Below, piece after piece: positions 46,836 through 54,949 of a DNA stretch of 64,000 nt; position 1 is the stretch's first letter, and the number at the start of each line of letters is the position of its first letter. The translations under genes and the position numbers were made by a program. This DNA comes from a virus. Location of the stretch: positions 11,161 through 75,160 of IMG/VR virus record IMGVR_UViG_3300046337_000201; one strand, 5' to 3'. Below the pieces are notes generated by a model. The model did not search any database, was not told the DNA's origin, and saw nothing but the letters and a program-made list of their open reading frames with translations.

Positions 46836-49025
46836 TTAAATTTTACCTCCTTTTTCTAATAGGAATGATTTTAAAGAAGCAAATAACAACATACCTCTAT
46901 TTGGGTCAGCAATTTTACATTGGTTAGCATCAAATATGATATAAGCCTCAGTTTTATGTGCATTTGAACTTTTATCAGGAACATTTGGATTGCTCTCGTA
47001 AAAATTAATGCCATCGTATATGTGCGTTTGAGCTATCTTTTGTAACATTTTAGGGTTATTCCTTATATATACCCATGTTTCTAATGCAGGAGTGCTATTA
47101 GATAAGAATAAAGGATTAACTTCTAATTGCTCCATTGTGAGACCAGTTGTTAGGTACATGTAATCAAAAAATTCTTTTGACTTAATGAGTTCAGTTCCAA
47201 AATGTGTTAAATCTAATGGATTCCTAATATTTAAAAAGAAAGGGATAACATATCCATTACCACCACCTTGTAAATCTGAAAAGAATTGTGAGTACTCTCT
47301 ATTCACCGCAAAATATGCAGCAGGGAATTTATCAAAAATGAAATAAGAAAACTCTTGACCCGTCCCATGCCAAACCACTCTAGGTTCATAATTAGATGTC
47401 AATACCTTTGAACATTCCAATTCAATTGCATCAGTGTCTTTATATATGAATGAAAGCTCCCAATCACCAAACCACTCTTTGAATTGTGGAGTTCTAATAA
47501 TTTCGTTTAGCCCAATGCTTAAATCACTTGTTTCACCATTTGGTGTAAAAAAGTCAGTTGCCTCCGAAGTAGGAGCATATACTCCCTGATATTCGTGTTT
47601 TATTTCAATAAATGATTGCTCAAAAAGGTCATCAAAAAATTGGTCAGTAGCCATTTTCTCTTCAATACCTTTAAAATTTAGCTCATTTATCTTCTTTTGC
47701 TTTTCATCAATAAGTTGAGTAATCTCTATTTTTTGTTCAAATTCAATTGGACTAACTAATGTCCTCATAAATAGCAATTGACCTAAATCTTTTTTAACTT
47801 GGTCTATTTCACTAAGTGTTGTGCTATTAGGTGTTATTGGTGTTGTACCACTATCTGCTTTTGGAACTAAAATAGGTTTGTCAAATATTTCCTCTAAATT
47901 GTAATATTCTTCAATAAATAAATGATAATTTTTAAATAAAGTTTCAAATGATATTGTAGTAGTTACTTGTGATTTTTCATTAATATTAAAAAACTCTATT
48001 TCTTTTTCTAATATATTAATATTAACAATTTTTAATAGATATTCAATTTTTTGAGATTTTGCAACTGCTTTAATCACATCGCCTATTACAAAAAACTCGC
48101 TTCTATATAATATAGTAGAATTTTTTGTATCTACATAAATAATATCCCACTTAGAATTTTCTTGTTTATTAGCTTTTTCATTAACACCATCAATTATAAT
48201 ACCTTCTAAAGTAATAAGAGATATGCCATAATTCTCACCTCCACTAGCACTTTTACTATTTGCTTTAATGATTTGAATATCGTACTTTTTACTTTCTATT
48301 AATTCTTTCCAATAATCATCATATAGACTCCTAGTAAATCCTCTATCAATACCATTTATAGACCAAAAAGTTGGTTTTTTTGTAATAGATTCAACATTCA
48401 TTTCATTGTAGATGCTACCATCTGATTTTATTGTTGTTTTAACAACATCCCCTTTTTTAACTTTTTGTAACTCCTCTAATATATCCATATTTGAAACTTG
48501 AGGCTGATTTACAAATATTTGTTTAATCTTGCCATTTGCAACGTCATTTTCAAATGTTTTTTTATTTAAAAATAGTAAACTACCGCTTCTAGCTTTTTTT
48601 AATGCATATTGTTGTACACTTTTAATAGTATCATCAATAGTCCACGTTTCTCCTGATGACATATCCTCAAAAGTATCGCCAACTTTAAACTTAAATGAAT
48701 TATCTATTGTTGTAGTTGTTGGTGAAGATGCAAATATTCTACCTAATAGACGATTAATACCATCCATTAATTCTCTTTCTCTTTGAATATCAGTTACTTT
48801 AACATTAAAATAAAAATATACAAAATCAGTACGAGAGTCATTTAATTTCCTATTAATTACAATACTATATTCTCCTAACTCATTAAAAATATCTTGAGCA
48901 TCATCATTATTTATTAAATTTCTAGGAATAAAAAAATATCTTTCAGTAGTATTACCAATTTGATATAATTCTAAAGTAAAATTTTTATTTGGGAATGGTA
49001 TGCTAACTCTTATTTTGTATGCCAT
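46836..49025 (-). CDS. Polyvalent protein with SH3-like modules and C-terminal ADP-ribosyltransferase (ART-PolyVal-like)
   Basis: RTPQFKEWFGDW...EPRVVWHGT...YFA...FLNIRNP...YDGI...YIIFDANQ; ends LEKGGKI. Confidence 0.75.
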   Translation of the reverse strand: MAYKIRVSIPFPNKNFTLELYQIGNTTERYFFIPRNLINNDDAQDIFNELGEYSIVINRKLNDSRTDFVYFYFNVKVTDIQRERELMDGINRLLGRIFASSPTTTTIDNSFKFKVGDTFEDMSSGETWTIDDTIKSVQQYALKKARSGSLLFLNKKTFENDVANGKIKQIFVNQPQVSNMDILEELQKVKKGDVVKTTIKSDGSIYNEMNVESITKKPTFWSINGIDRGFTRSLYDDYWKELIESKKYDIQIIKANSKSASGGENYGISLITLEGIIIDGVNEKANKQENSKWDIIYVDTKNSTILYRSEFFVIGDVIKAVAKSQKIEYLLKIVNINILEKEIEFFNINEKSQVTTTISFETLFKNYHLFIEEYYNLEEIFDKPILVPKADSGTTPITPNSTTLSEIDQVKKDLGQLLFMRTLVSPIEFEQKIEITQLIDEKQKKINELNFKGIEEKMATDQFFDDLFEQSFIEIKHEYQGVYAPTSEATDFFTPNGETSDLSIGLNEIIRTPQFKEWFGDWELSFIYKDTDAIELECSKVLTSNYEPRVVWHGTGQEFSYFIFDKFPAAYFAVNREYSQFFSDLQGGGNGYVIPFFLNIRNPLDLTHFGTELIKSKEFFDYMYLTTGLTMEQLEVNPLFLSNSTPALETWVYIRNNPKMLQKIAQTHIYDGINFYESNPNVPDKSSNAHKTEAYIIFDANQCKIADPNRGMLLFASLKSFLLEKGGKI

Positions 49026-49027
49026 TA

Positions 49028-50230
49028 TTATGCGTTTATATATTTGTCAACAAGCTTTTGATTACCCAATAGTAAAGCCATTTGAATCTTGTGTGGCAAT
49101 TCATCAAAAACAATATTGTGTGTATTTTTTAAATAATTCTTATAATTACTTTTAGTAATATGAAAATCTTGATTACCATTTTCCAATTGAAATAATGTAA
49201 ATGGTGGTACTACTTTATCAATAATTTGAATCATTCCCCCTTTTTCTAGTTTATGACCATATAATTTTTTGAAAGCTTCACTTGGAGGTAAATGATGGTG
49301 TTTAACTCCATATTCTTTTTGACTAGGTATTTTATAGGTACCATCGTCTCCTATTTCAAACCCTTCATAGAATTTACTATTTGTTACTCCACCCTCTTGC
49401 ATTTTATGTTGACAACCACATGAGGAAACTATTTCGCTATCCTTCATTGTTTTTCCACCATACTTGTATGACTTTCCACTAACCATTATGTGTTTAGGCA
49501 CATCACCTCCTTTTGCAAAAGAGACACCCCCACCACCTTCATTGATACGAGAAAGAATTTCTCTATTAGTTAGCATTTCACCTTCAAACTCCCTTTTTTC
49601 ATTATCACTAACTGCGTTACGAGTAATTACAACCTCACCTCCCTCCATTTCTAGTGGACTATTGGTTGACTTGTTTATTGCTTTTATTCCACCCTCACTA
49701 TGTCTTTTCCCAACTAGCAAACCACCAACACTACCTGATTTATGAATCATTTCATTTTTTATCTTTGCATTGTCAGGATTAACTTCTCCACCTTTTTCCA
49801 TTTTATTTGTTTTACTATGGTATTCCAAATAATCTTTTAATTCATTTAAAGTTGTTGTTTCTTTATAATATTCTCCATCATAACTTTGGGCAATCCATGT
49901 TCCCTTAGTATATTGTTTATTAATATTATATAACATACCATTTATTATTGTAGTATAACCTCCACCACCTTTATTATATATTTTTTTATATATTAAACCA
50001 CCTTTTTCAAAGGTTGATTCCATTTTAGCTAATTTCTTATAATAATCTATATTTTCATCTAAATGTTGTAAAGCAATTGTTCTTTGCACATCCTTAGAAT
50101 TAGAATGCTCACTTTCTACCTTCATACCTTTCCTTAATTGCGTACTTGCATAAAGTAAAGACACACCCTTTTCCTTAGCTATTTTAGAAATATTCTTAGA
50201 CGACTTTAAAGGTTTTAAGGTATTTTTCAT
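49028..50230 (-). CDS. Modular protein (DUF5661-like N-terminus) with repeated xxGG motifs
   Basis: QLRKGMKVESEH...IALQHLDE..DYY..L; GKRHSEGGI...EMEGGE; FEKGG, MEKGG, FAKGG, MQEGG, LEKGG. Confidence 0.65.
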   Translation of the reverse strand: MKNTLKPLKSSKNISKIAKEKGVSLLYASTQLRKGMKVESEHSNSKDVQRTIALQHLDENIDYYKKLAKMESTFEKGGLIYKKIYNKGGGGYTTIINGMLYNINKQYTKGTWIAQSYDGEYYKETTTLNELKDYLEYHSKTNKMEKGGEVNPDNAKIKNEMIHKSGSVGGLLVGKRHSEGGIKAINKSTNSPLEMEGGEVVITRNAVSDNEKREFEGEMLTNREILSRINEGGGGVSFAKGGDVPKHIMVSGKSYKYGGKTMKDSEIVSSCGCQHKMQEGGVTNSKFYEGFEIGDDGTYKIPSQKEYGVKHHHLPPSEAFKKLYGHKLEKGGMIQIIDKVVPPFTLFQLENGNQDFHITKSNYKNYLKNTHNIVFDELPHKIQMALLLGNQKLVDKYINA

Positions 50231-50241
50231 TAAAAAACAAA

Positions 50242-50269
50242 TTTGATATAAAAATAAGTATTAAATTTG
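50242..50269 (+). promoter_or_regulatory. Bacteroidota-type promoter (TTTG ... TAAATTTG)
   Basis: TTTG 50242..50245 and TAnnTTTG 50262..50269 upstream of a small + strand ORF. Confidence 0.55.
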
Positions 50270-50306
50270 ATATGTAATATATTTTTCACCCCTAAATCTA
50301 TCAATC

Positions 50307-50423
50307 ATGGGAACAGGTTTCTTAGACATCAAGTCTCCAAACTGGTTAGGCGGTAACAATGTACACAATACAATCGTAATTGTGGGTGTTGCTTACTTAG
50401 TTTACAAGGCTTGGAAAAAGTAG
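50307..50423 (+). CDS. 38-aa tail-anchored membrane peptide (not in ORF track)
   Basis: MGTGFLDIKSPNWLGGNNVHNTIVIVGVAYLVYKAWKK, with own promoter and terminator. Confidence 0.7.
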   Translation: MGTGFLDIKSPNWLGGNNVHNTIVIVGVAYLVYKAWKK

Positions 50424-50454
50424 TAGCTCACCTGCGTGAGCCAATCTTTGGACA

Positions 50455-50495
50455 CTAAATACCCTATATTTCGAGATGATTTATAGGGTTTTTAG
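50455..50495. terminator. Putative bidirectional intrinsic terminator
   Basis: CTAAATACCCTATA ... TATAGGGTTTTTAG inverted repeat between convergent genes. Confidence 0.65.
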
Positions 50496-50498
50496 ATT

Positions 50499-51746
50499 TT
50501 ATGATAGTCTTTTTATATCCTCACTAAATGTTTTTGCAATATCCCTCCAATCTAAACCTCTTATAAATTCTAAAGCTTTGTCTAGTCTATTTTCTAAATC
50601 AATGCTATCTTCTTGCTTTTGATTGTAAATTAATTCCAATGTATCAGATATTTCATAAAGGTCACTTTGAAAACGTATGATATTATCTACCATAGCCACA
50701 ATAGGGTACAATGTTTCTATAAAATAGCTTCTTTCTCCATTTGCACCTCCTAAAGTTAGGAATGAAGTGTGTCTTGGTATGATTGTAGGCACACGACAAG
50801 CCATCGCCTCAGTCACTGTAAGTTCCCATCCACCCCCCGTAGCGGTAGTCAAAAACACATCCAATGAGTTGTAAATCATATTTAATTTCTCTACGCTAAC
50901 TCCTACATGACCCTCTTCTATTGGCATAAACATGTAATCAATACCCTCTTGTAATGGTGTCTGAGACATAATAGTCCTTAAATTCCAACCCATAGGGTCA
51001 TTTGGGTCACAATGTAGGTATAAGAATGATTTTGGGTTTTTCTCCCAATATTCCATAAATCCAAAAATTGTTGTTGGAATGTCTTTCCTAGATTGATTTC
51101 TATTTACGCATCCAACTATAAACTTGCTTACATTGGCTTCTCCAAAATACTCTTTTTTAAATTTTTTAAGTTTTGCTTCCTCCTCATTTTCCAATATTGG
51201 GTAAAAGTCTTTTGTGTTTCCACCATGTGGGATAACCTTAATCTTGGTTTTTAAGTCAGGTCTAAGTATATTGAACATACTACGACCATATTCGGTGAAT
51301 GTAGCCAATTGGTCAAAAAACTCTAATCCTTTAACTAAATTAGGTGTAAGTGCAAAATCAATAGGAAAGTATAGAATGCTTTTAAATAGCTTTTTGTTTT
51401 CCTTTTTCTTATCGTCTAATATCTTTTTAACATGTGGAACCATTGGAGTGACTACTCCTAAATCTTGTAATATGAATGATATGTCATAATTGCCATCCAT
51501 TAATGATTTCATGAATACATATCTACCAAAGTCATCTTTGGCTACATCGTTCCTTTTAGCAGATATTACTCGTATGTTCTCATCTACTGAGTAGTTTTCC
51601 TCGAAATAGTTAACCGCAACTATATCTAGTTTTAGGCTACTACCAAATATCTTTTTCCAATTATTGACTAAGTTTTTAGAAACTGTGCTAAAACCCGTAA
51701 TGCTATTGTAGTCAAACAAAGCAATCATTTTTATTTCTTTCTTCAT
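50499..51746 (-). CDS. GT4-like glycosyltransferase
   Basis: TGFSTV, IPHG, VNRNQSRK, GGGWELTVTEAMAC. Confidence 0.85.
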   Translation of the reverse strand: MKKEIKMIALFDYNSITGFSTVSKNLVNNWKKIFGSSLKLDIVAVNYFEENYSVDENIRVISAKRNDVAKDDFGRYVFMKSLMDGNYDISFILQDLGVVTPMVPHVKKILDDKKKENKKLFKSILYFPIDFALTPNLVKGLEFFDQLATFTEYGRSMFNILRPDLKTKIKVIPHGGNTKDFYPILENEEEAKLKKFKKEYFGEANVSKFIVGCVNRNQSRKDIPTTIFGFMEYWEKNPKSFLYLHCDPNDPMGWNLRTIMSQTPLQEGIDYMFMPIEEGHVGVSVEKLNMIYNSLDVFLTTATGGGWELTVTEAMACRVPTIIPRHTSFLTLGGANGERSYFIETLYPIVAMVDNIIRFQSDLYEISDTLELIYNQKQEDSIDLENRLDKALEFIRGLDWRDIAKTFSEDIKRLS

Positions 51747-51773
51747 TTTGTGGTCTTTTTTTAAATTTAAAAT

Positions 51774-51825
51774 AGGGGAGGATAAGCCCCAACGGAATAC
51801 TAAAACGTTATATTATTCCTCCCCT
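51774..51825. other. GC-rich inverted repeat/hairpin
   Basis: AGGGGAGGATAA ... TTATTCCTCCCCT. Confidence 0.55.
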
Positions 51826-51863
51826 TTGCCCTTCATATTTACTTCGTCTAGGCTATCGAAGTG

Positions 51864-51953
51864 CAGTCAGGATAGGATTCGAACCTATAATAGCCGTAAT
51901 GCGTACGAAAGCCCACACCCAACTCTATTTGACACCAACACTGCCACCTGACT
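51864..51953 (-). ncRNA. tRNA-like RNA with no canonical anticodon arm
   Basis: Acceptor stem AGTCAGG/CCTGACT, T arm ATAGG-TTCGAAT-CCTAT, D-like arm; middle forms a long irregular hairpin. Confidence 0.6.
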
Positions 51954-52070
51954 ATGATACCATTTTTGCTAAAGGACACCAACGATATTACTACCTTATT
52001 TGGCTATAAATGGTCAAACCTTTGGAGACCTACGATACTAAGACCATAGGAAAGCCATTAAATGCTATTT

Positions 52071-52487
52071 TTAATGTTTTATTATTAGATAAGTTGAAGC
52101 AGCTCCAACCACTAGATATACCCATTTTTGTATCTTTTGTGATTTTAGTTGCTTAATCTGAATATCGTATATTCTTTGACTATTTTGCACATATTGGTTT
52201 AAATGAAATATCTTTTTATTATTTGTGCTATCTACCTTTCTCCAATATTGGTCTTTTTGACCATACCTCAATAATAGACTATCTTTTATAATTATTCTAT
52301 TTTGCAAATACGCAACCTTCTGCTTAGTGTCAATAAGTTCTTCTTCAGTTACCTTTCCTCTTTCTATTACGTTAATTGCTATTCTAAGCTTGGAATTAGG
52401 TATTGCAGTTAAGCTATCTAAGTTCTGAGAAATAGCGTTGTATTTCGATAGAATTAAAATTATTAGAATGACGATTAGCTTTTTCAT
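52071..52487 (-). CDS. Spanin-like outer component (signal peptide, coiled coil, hydrophobic C-terminus)
   Basis: Overlaps 52414..52770; no lipobox Cys. Confidence 0.5.
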   Translation of the reverse strand: MKKLIVILIILILSKYNAISQNLDSLTAIPNSKLRIAINVIERGKVTEEELIDTKQKVAYLQNRIIIKDSLLLRYGQKDQYWRKVDSTNNKKIFHLNQYVQNSQRIYDIQIKQLKSQKIQKWVYLVVGAASTYLIIKH

Positions 52488-52770
52488 ACTTTTTATTTAG
52501 GGATTGAATTTTAATATCTAATTGTTCTAGTTTAAACTTCAAATTGTCATCTTTTGACTTCAATACGAGTATTTCGTATGATTTTAGGTTTATGCTATCG
52601 TGTAACTTACCATTTATTGAATCTAAAATTTTGTTATCCAACAATAGGGAGTCATTTTCTAGTTTTAATGCCTTAACTGCATTTTCGCCTATTCCCTTTT
52701 CGTTTTGAACATAAGTTAGAATTATCATTCCAATGAATGCACTAACCATAACTAATACAAAGTATTTCAT
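52414..52770 (-). CDS. i-spanin-like protein
   Basis: N-terminal TM followed by a long coiled coil. Confidence 0.55.
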   Translation of the reverse strand: MKYFVLVMVSAFIGMIILTYVQNEKGIGENAVKALKLENDSLLLDNKILDSINGKLHDSINLKSYEILVLKSKDDNLKFKLEQLDIKIQSLNKKYEKANRHSNNFNSIEIQRYFSELR

Positions 52771-52979
52771 AAAATTTCCATTTCAAGTGAATTAATTTCT
52801 TTTGCTTCCTTATCGTCAAAACCTTTTATAAACTTATTTACAAATCTTCGTGTAACTCCTTTCAAAGTAGTTTTATAGAATATCCTTCCTTTTCTAAGCA
52901 TATTAATAAAAAGTAATTTCTTTTCATTATCGTGTAAGAAAATACAAGTACAATATTTAAGGTCTTTTGTCTTTGTCAT
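52767..52979 (-). CDS. Hypothetical protein
   Basis: Overlapping start/stop with neighbours. Confidence 0.45.
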   Translation of the reverse strand: MTKTKDLKYCTCIFLHDNEKKLLFINMLRKGRIFYKTTLKGVTRRFVNKFIKGFDDKEAKEINSLEMEIL

Positions 52980-53184
52980 CTTGATGCCACCTCTTTAAAA
53001 GTATTTCGCCTAATGCAAATGTTGTTAAGAATAGATATATAAATAAAATTACAAAATTGGTTTGAGAAATATGTATTTTATCAAAATAACTTAATATTAA
53101 ATATGCTTGACCTATAAGGATATTTAATAAGAATAAGAAAAAGACTATTATCTCTATTGTTCTATGAAAAGTGTATTTAATCAT
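52957..53184 (-). CDS. Small two-TM membrane protein
   Basis: Two hydrophobic stretches. Confidence 0.5.
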   Translation of the reverse strand: MIKYTFHRTIEIIVFFLFLLNILIGQAYLILSYFDKIHISQTNFVILFIYLFLTTFALGEILLKRWHQDDKDKRP

Positions 53185-53185
53185 A

Positions 53186-53815
53186 TTATTTGTTAAAGGG
53201 GGTTTTATAAGATTCTGCTAAAGGGAGTCCACCCCATTTGCTCATATAGTATTCTCTATTATCTATATAATTGTTTAAGAATGGTTCCTTTTGAATAGTC
53301 ATTGAATTTCTATATACATCAGGGTTCAAAATTCTATTATGTATTATATTGATTCCTTCTAAGCTCATTCTATAAGCATAGTCATTATCTTCAAAATAGC
53401 ACTTTTTAAACCCTTCGTCAAACTCCCCTACTAGGTCGTAAATGTGTTTATTCAATATAAAGCTAGACCAATTACAATGTGGCTGACAAACATTGAAGTC
53501 ATTATTAGCATTATTTTGTATGATACTATTTAATGAATCCTCATCTTTTTGCAAAATAACATCGTCATTTAAAACTAGGAAATTGGTATGATTGTTCGAA
53601 ATGGCTTGTTTAATTAAAAAGTTCCAAGAACCTGACACCCCTAAATTCTCATCTGCTTCGTGTATGGTTGTTTTCAAATATTGATTATCTATGTTTTGTT
53701 TACCATTATCTAATACAATCTTATCTACATTTGGTAGATTTATTGAATACCATTCTAATGCTTCTATTAATAAGTCTTTTCTATTAATAGTAGGTATTAG
53801 TATACAAAAACTCAT
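53186..53815 (-). CDS. GT2 glycosyltransferase
   Basis: ILIPTINR, LDNG, NLGVSGSWN, LNDD, FDE, YFEDNDY. Confidence 0.88.
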   Translation of the reverse strand: MSFCILIPTINRKDLLIEALEWYSINLPNVDKIVLDNGKQNIDNQYLKTTIHEADENLGVSGSWNFLIKQAISNNHTNFLVLNDDVILQKDEDSLNSIIQNNANNDFNVCQPHCNWSSFILNKHIYDLVGEFDEGFKKCYFEDNDYAYRMSLEGINIIHNRILNPDVYRNSMTIQKEPFLNNYIDNREYYMSKWGGLPLAESYKTPFNK

Positions 53816-54027
53816 TTTGATTTATTTTTTATTAGTTTAGATATGTATTCTTTTTCCTCAGTATTTAGCAATTGAAACCAATCAGGTTTTAAATCCAAGA
53901 ACTTAATGCCTTTGCCAATATCAGGTAATGCGTTTGAATCACAAGGATAAACGCTATCTTCCCCTACCCATGCACAAATTGATTTTAGTTGATAATACCT
54001 CATATTATTTATTTTTTGATACCCCAA
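53812..54027 (-). CDS. Hypothetical protein
   Basis: Packed ORF; likely start MRYYQLK. Confidence 0.45.
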   Translation of the reverse strand: MGYQKINNMRYYQLKSICAWVGEDSVYPCDSNALPDIGKGIKFLDLKPDWFQLLNTEEKEYISKLIKNKSK

Positions 54028-54551
54028 AAGTATAAGTCATGGCTATTTTCATTAATAGCAAAATGATAAGATGAGAATATGTTATCTACATCTATTGCTG
54101 CTCTTATATCTTCTATGGTTAAATTTTTGTAATAATCCTTCCATTCCTCTTGTGCTGATGTCAATGGAGAGCAACCTGAATTTTGTCTACTAGTGCCATG
54201 CTCGGCTCTACCTATTGTTGCACATGTAAACAAGAATAGTCCATTTTCACTTAAAAGATTGTGAACTATGTTATTCAATGTCTTTTCGTAAAACATATCG
54301 TGTTCAAAACACTCAGTGGATATTATAGTGTCAAATTTAACCTCACTTGTAAATTCGTGACCTTTTGAGACAATATCTACATTATTGCCATTCCCAACAT
54401 CAATACCTACATAATCGCAATTAGTGAATAAGTATCTATTATTACCATTAATATCTAATGAACCTACATCTAGTACCTTAACTCCTTCAAAATACTTAGG
54501 GTGTAAAGCCAATACTGACATGCAAAAGTCTCTTTGTTCAATGTGTGCCAT
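54009..54551 (-). CDS. Class I SAM-dependent methyltransferase
   Basis: VLDVGSLDING, GIDV, FDTIISTECFEHD. Confidence 0.85.
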   Translation of the reverse strand: MAHIEQRDFCMSVLALHPKYFEGVKVLDVGSLDINGNNRYLFTNCDYVGIDVGNGNNVDIVSKGHEFTSEVKFDTIISTECFEHDMFYEKTLNNIVHNLLSENGLFLFTCATIGRAEHGTSRQNSGCSPLTSAQEEWKDYYKNLTIEDIRAAIDVDNIFSSYHFAINENSHDLYFWGIKK

Positions 54552-54553
54552 TT

Positions 54554-54646
54554 TTATTTATTTAATTTTCTGAAAATATAGTAAGCTAACTCTTTAAGCA
54601 TTTCCCAAATGAATACTATTAAAAATATATATAAGAATGTTTTCAT
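54554..54646 (-). CDS. 30-aa membrane peptide (not in ORF track)
   Basis: MKTFLYIFLIVFIWEMLKELAYYIFRKLNK fills the gap between genes. Confidence 0.45.
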   Translation of the reverse strand: MKTFLYIFLIVFIWEMLKELAYYIFRKLNK

Positions 54647-54648
54647 AG

Positions 54649-54858
54649 CTATTTTTTAATTCCAAATTTAATGTATTTATACCAGAATCTTTCGTGAAGG
54701 TAATACTGAATTGGCTTGTAAACAAGCTCCGCTACTCCAAAAGTAGCCCCAACCTTTACACTACCACTTACCCACCACATGATGGCAAATCCTATTAATG
54801 TGCTTATTATACGATAACTAATAGTTTTAGCCAAGTGTCTTTTTTTGTCTATGGTCAT
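54649..54858 (-). CDS. DUF2061 membrane protein
   Basis: RHLAKTISYR...YYLHERFW. Confidence 0.8.
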   Translation of the reverse strand: MTIDKKRHLAKTISYRIISTLIGFAIMWWVSGSVKVGATFGVAELVYKPIQYYLHERFWYKYIKFGIKK

Positions 54859-54947
54859 GGTGTTTGTATTTTATGTACAATAAAGCTCATGAATACCATC
54901 CCAATTAAAGTTAAAATGAATAGTACCAATGCGTTTTTGATTTTCAT
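54855..54947 (-). CDS. 30-aa membrane peptide (not in ORF track)
   Basis: MKIKNALVLFILTLIGMVFMSFIVHKIQTP, ATGA overlap with the next gene. Confidence 0.45.
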   Translation of the reverse strand: MKIKNALVLFILTLIGMVFMSFIVHKIQTP

Positions 54948-54949
54948 GG

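Noticed and set aside
51748-51951. 67-aa + strand ORF
   Set aside because: Antisense to the tRNA-like element and hairpin; no protein features
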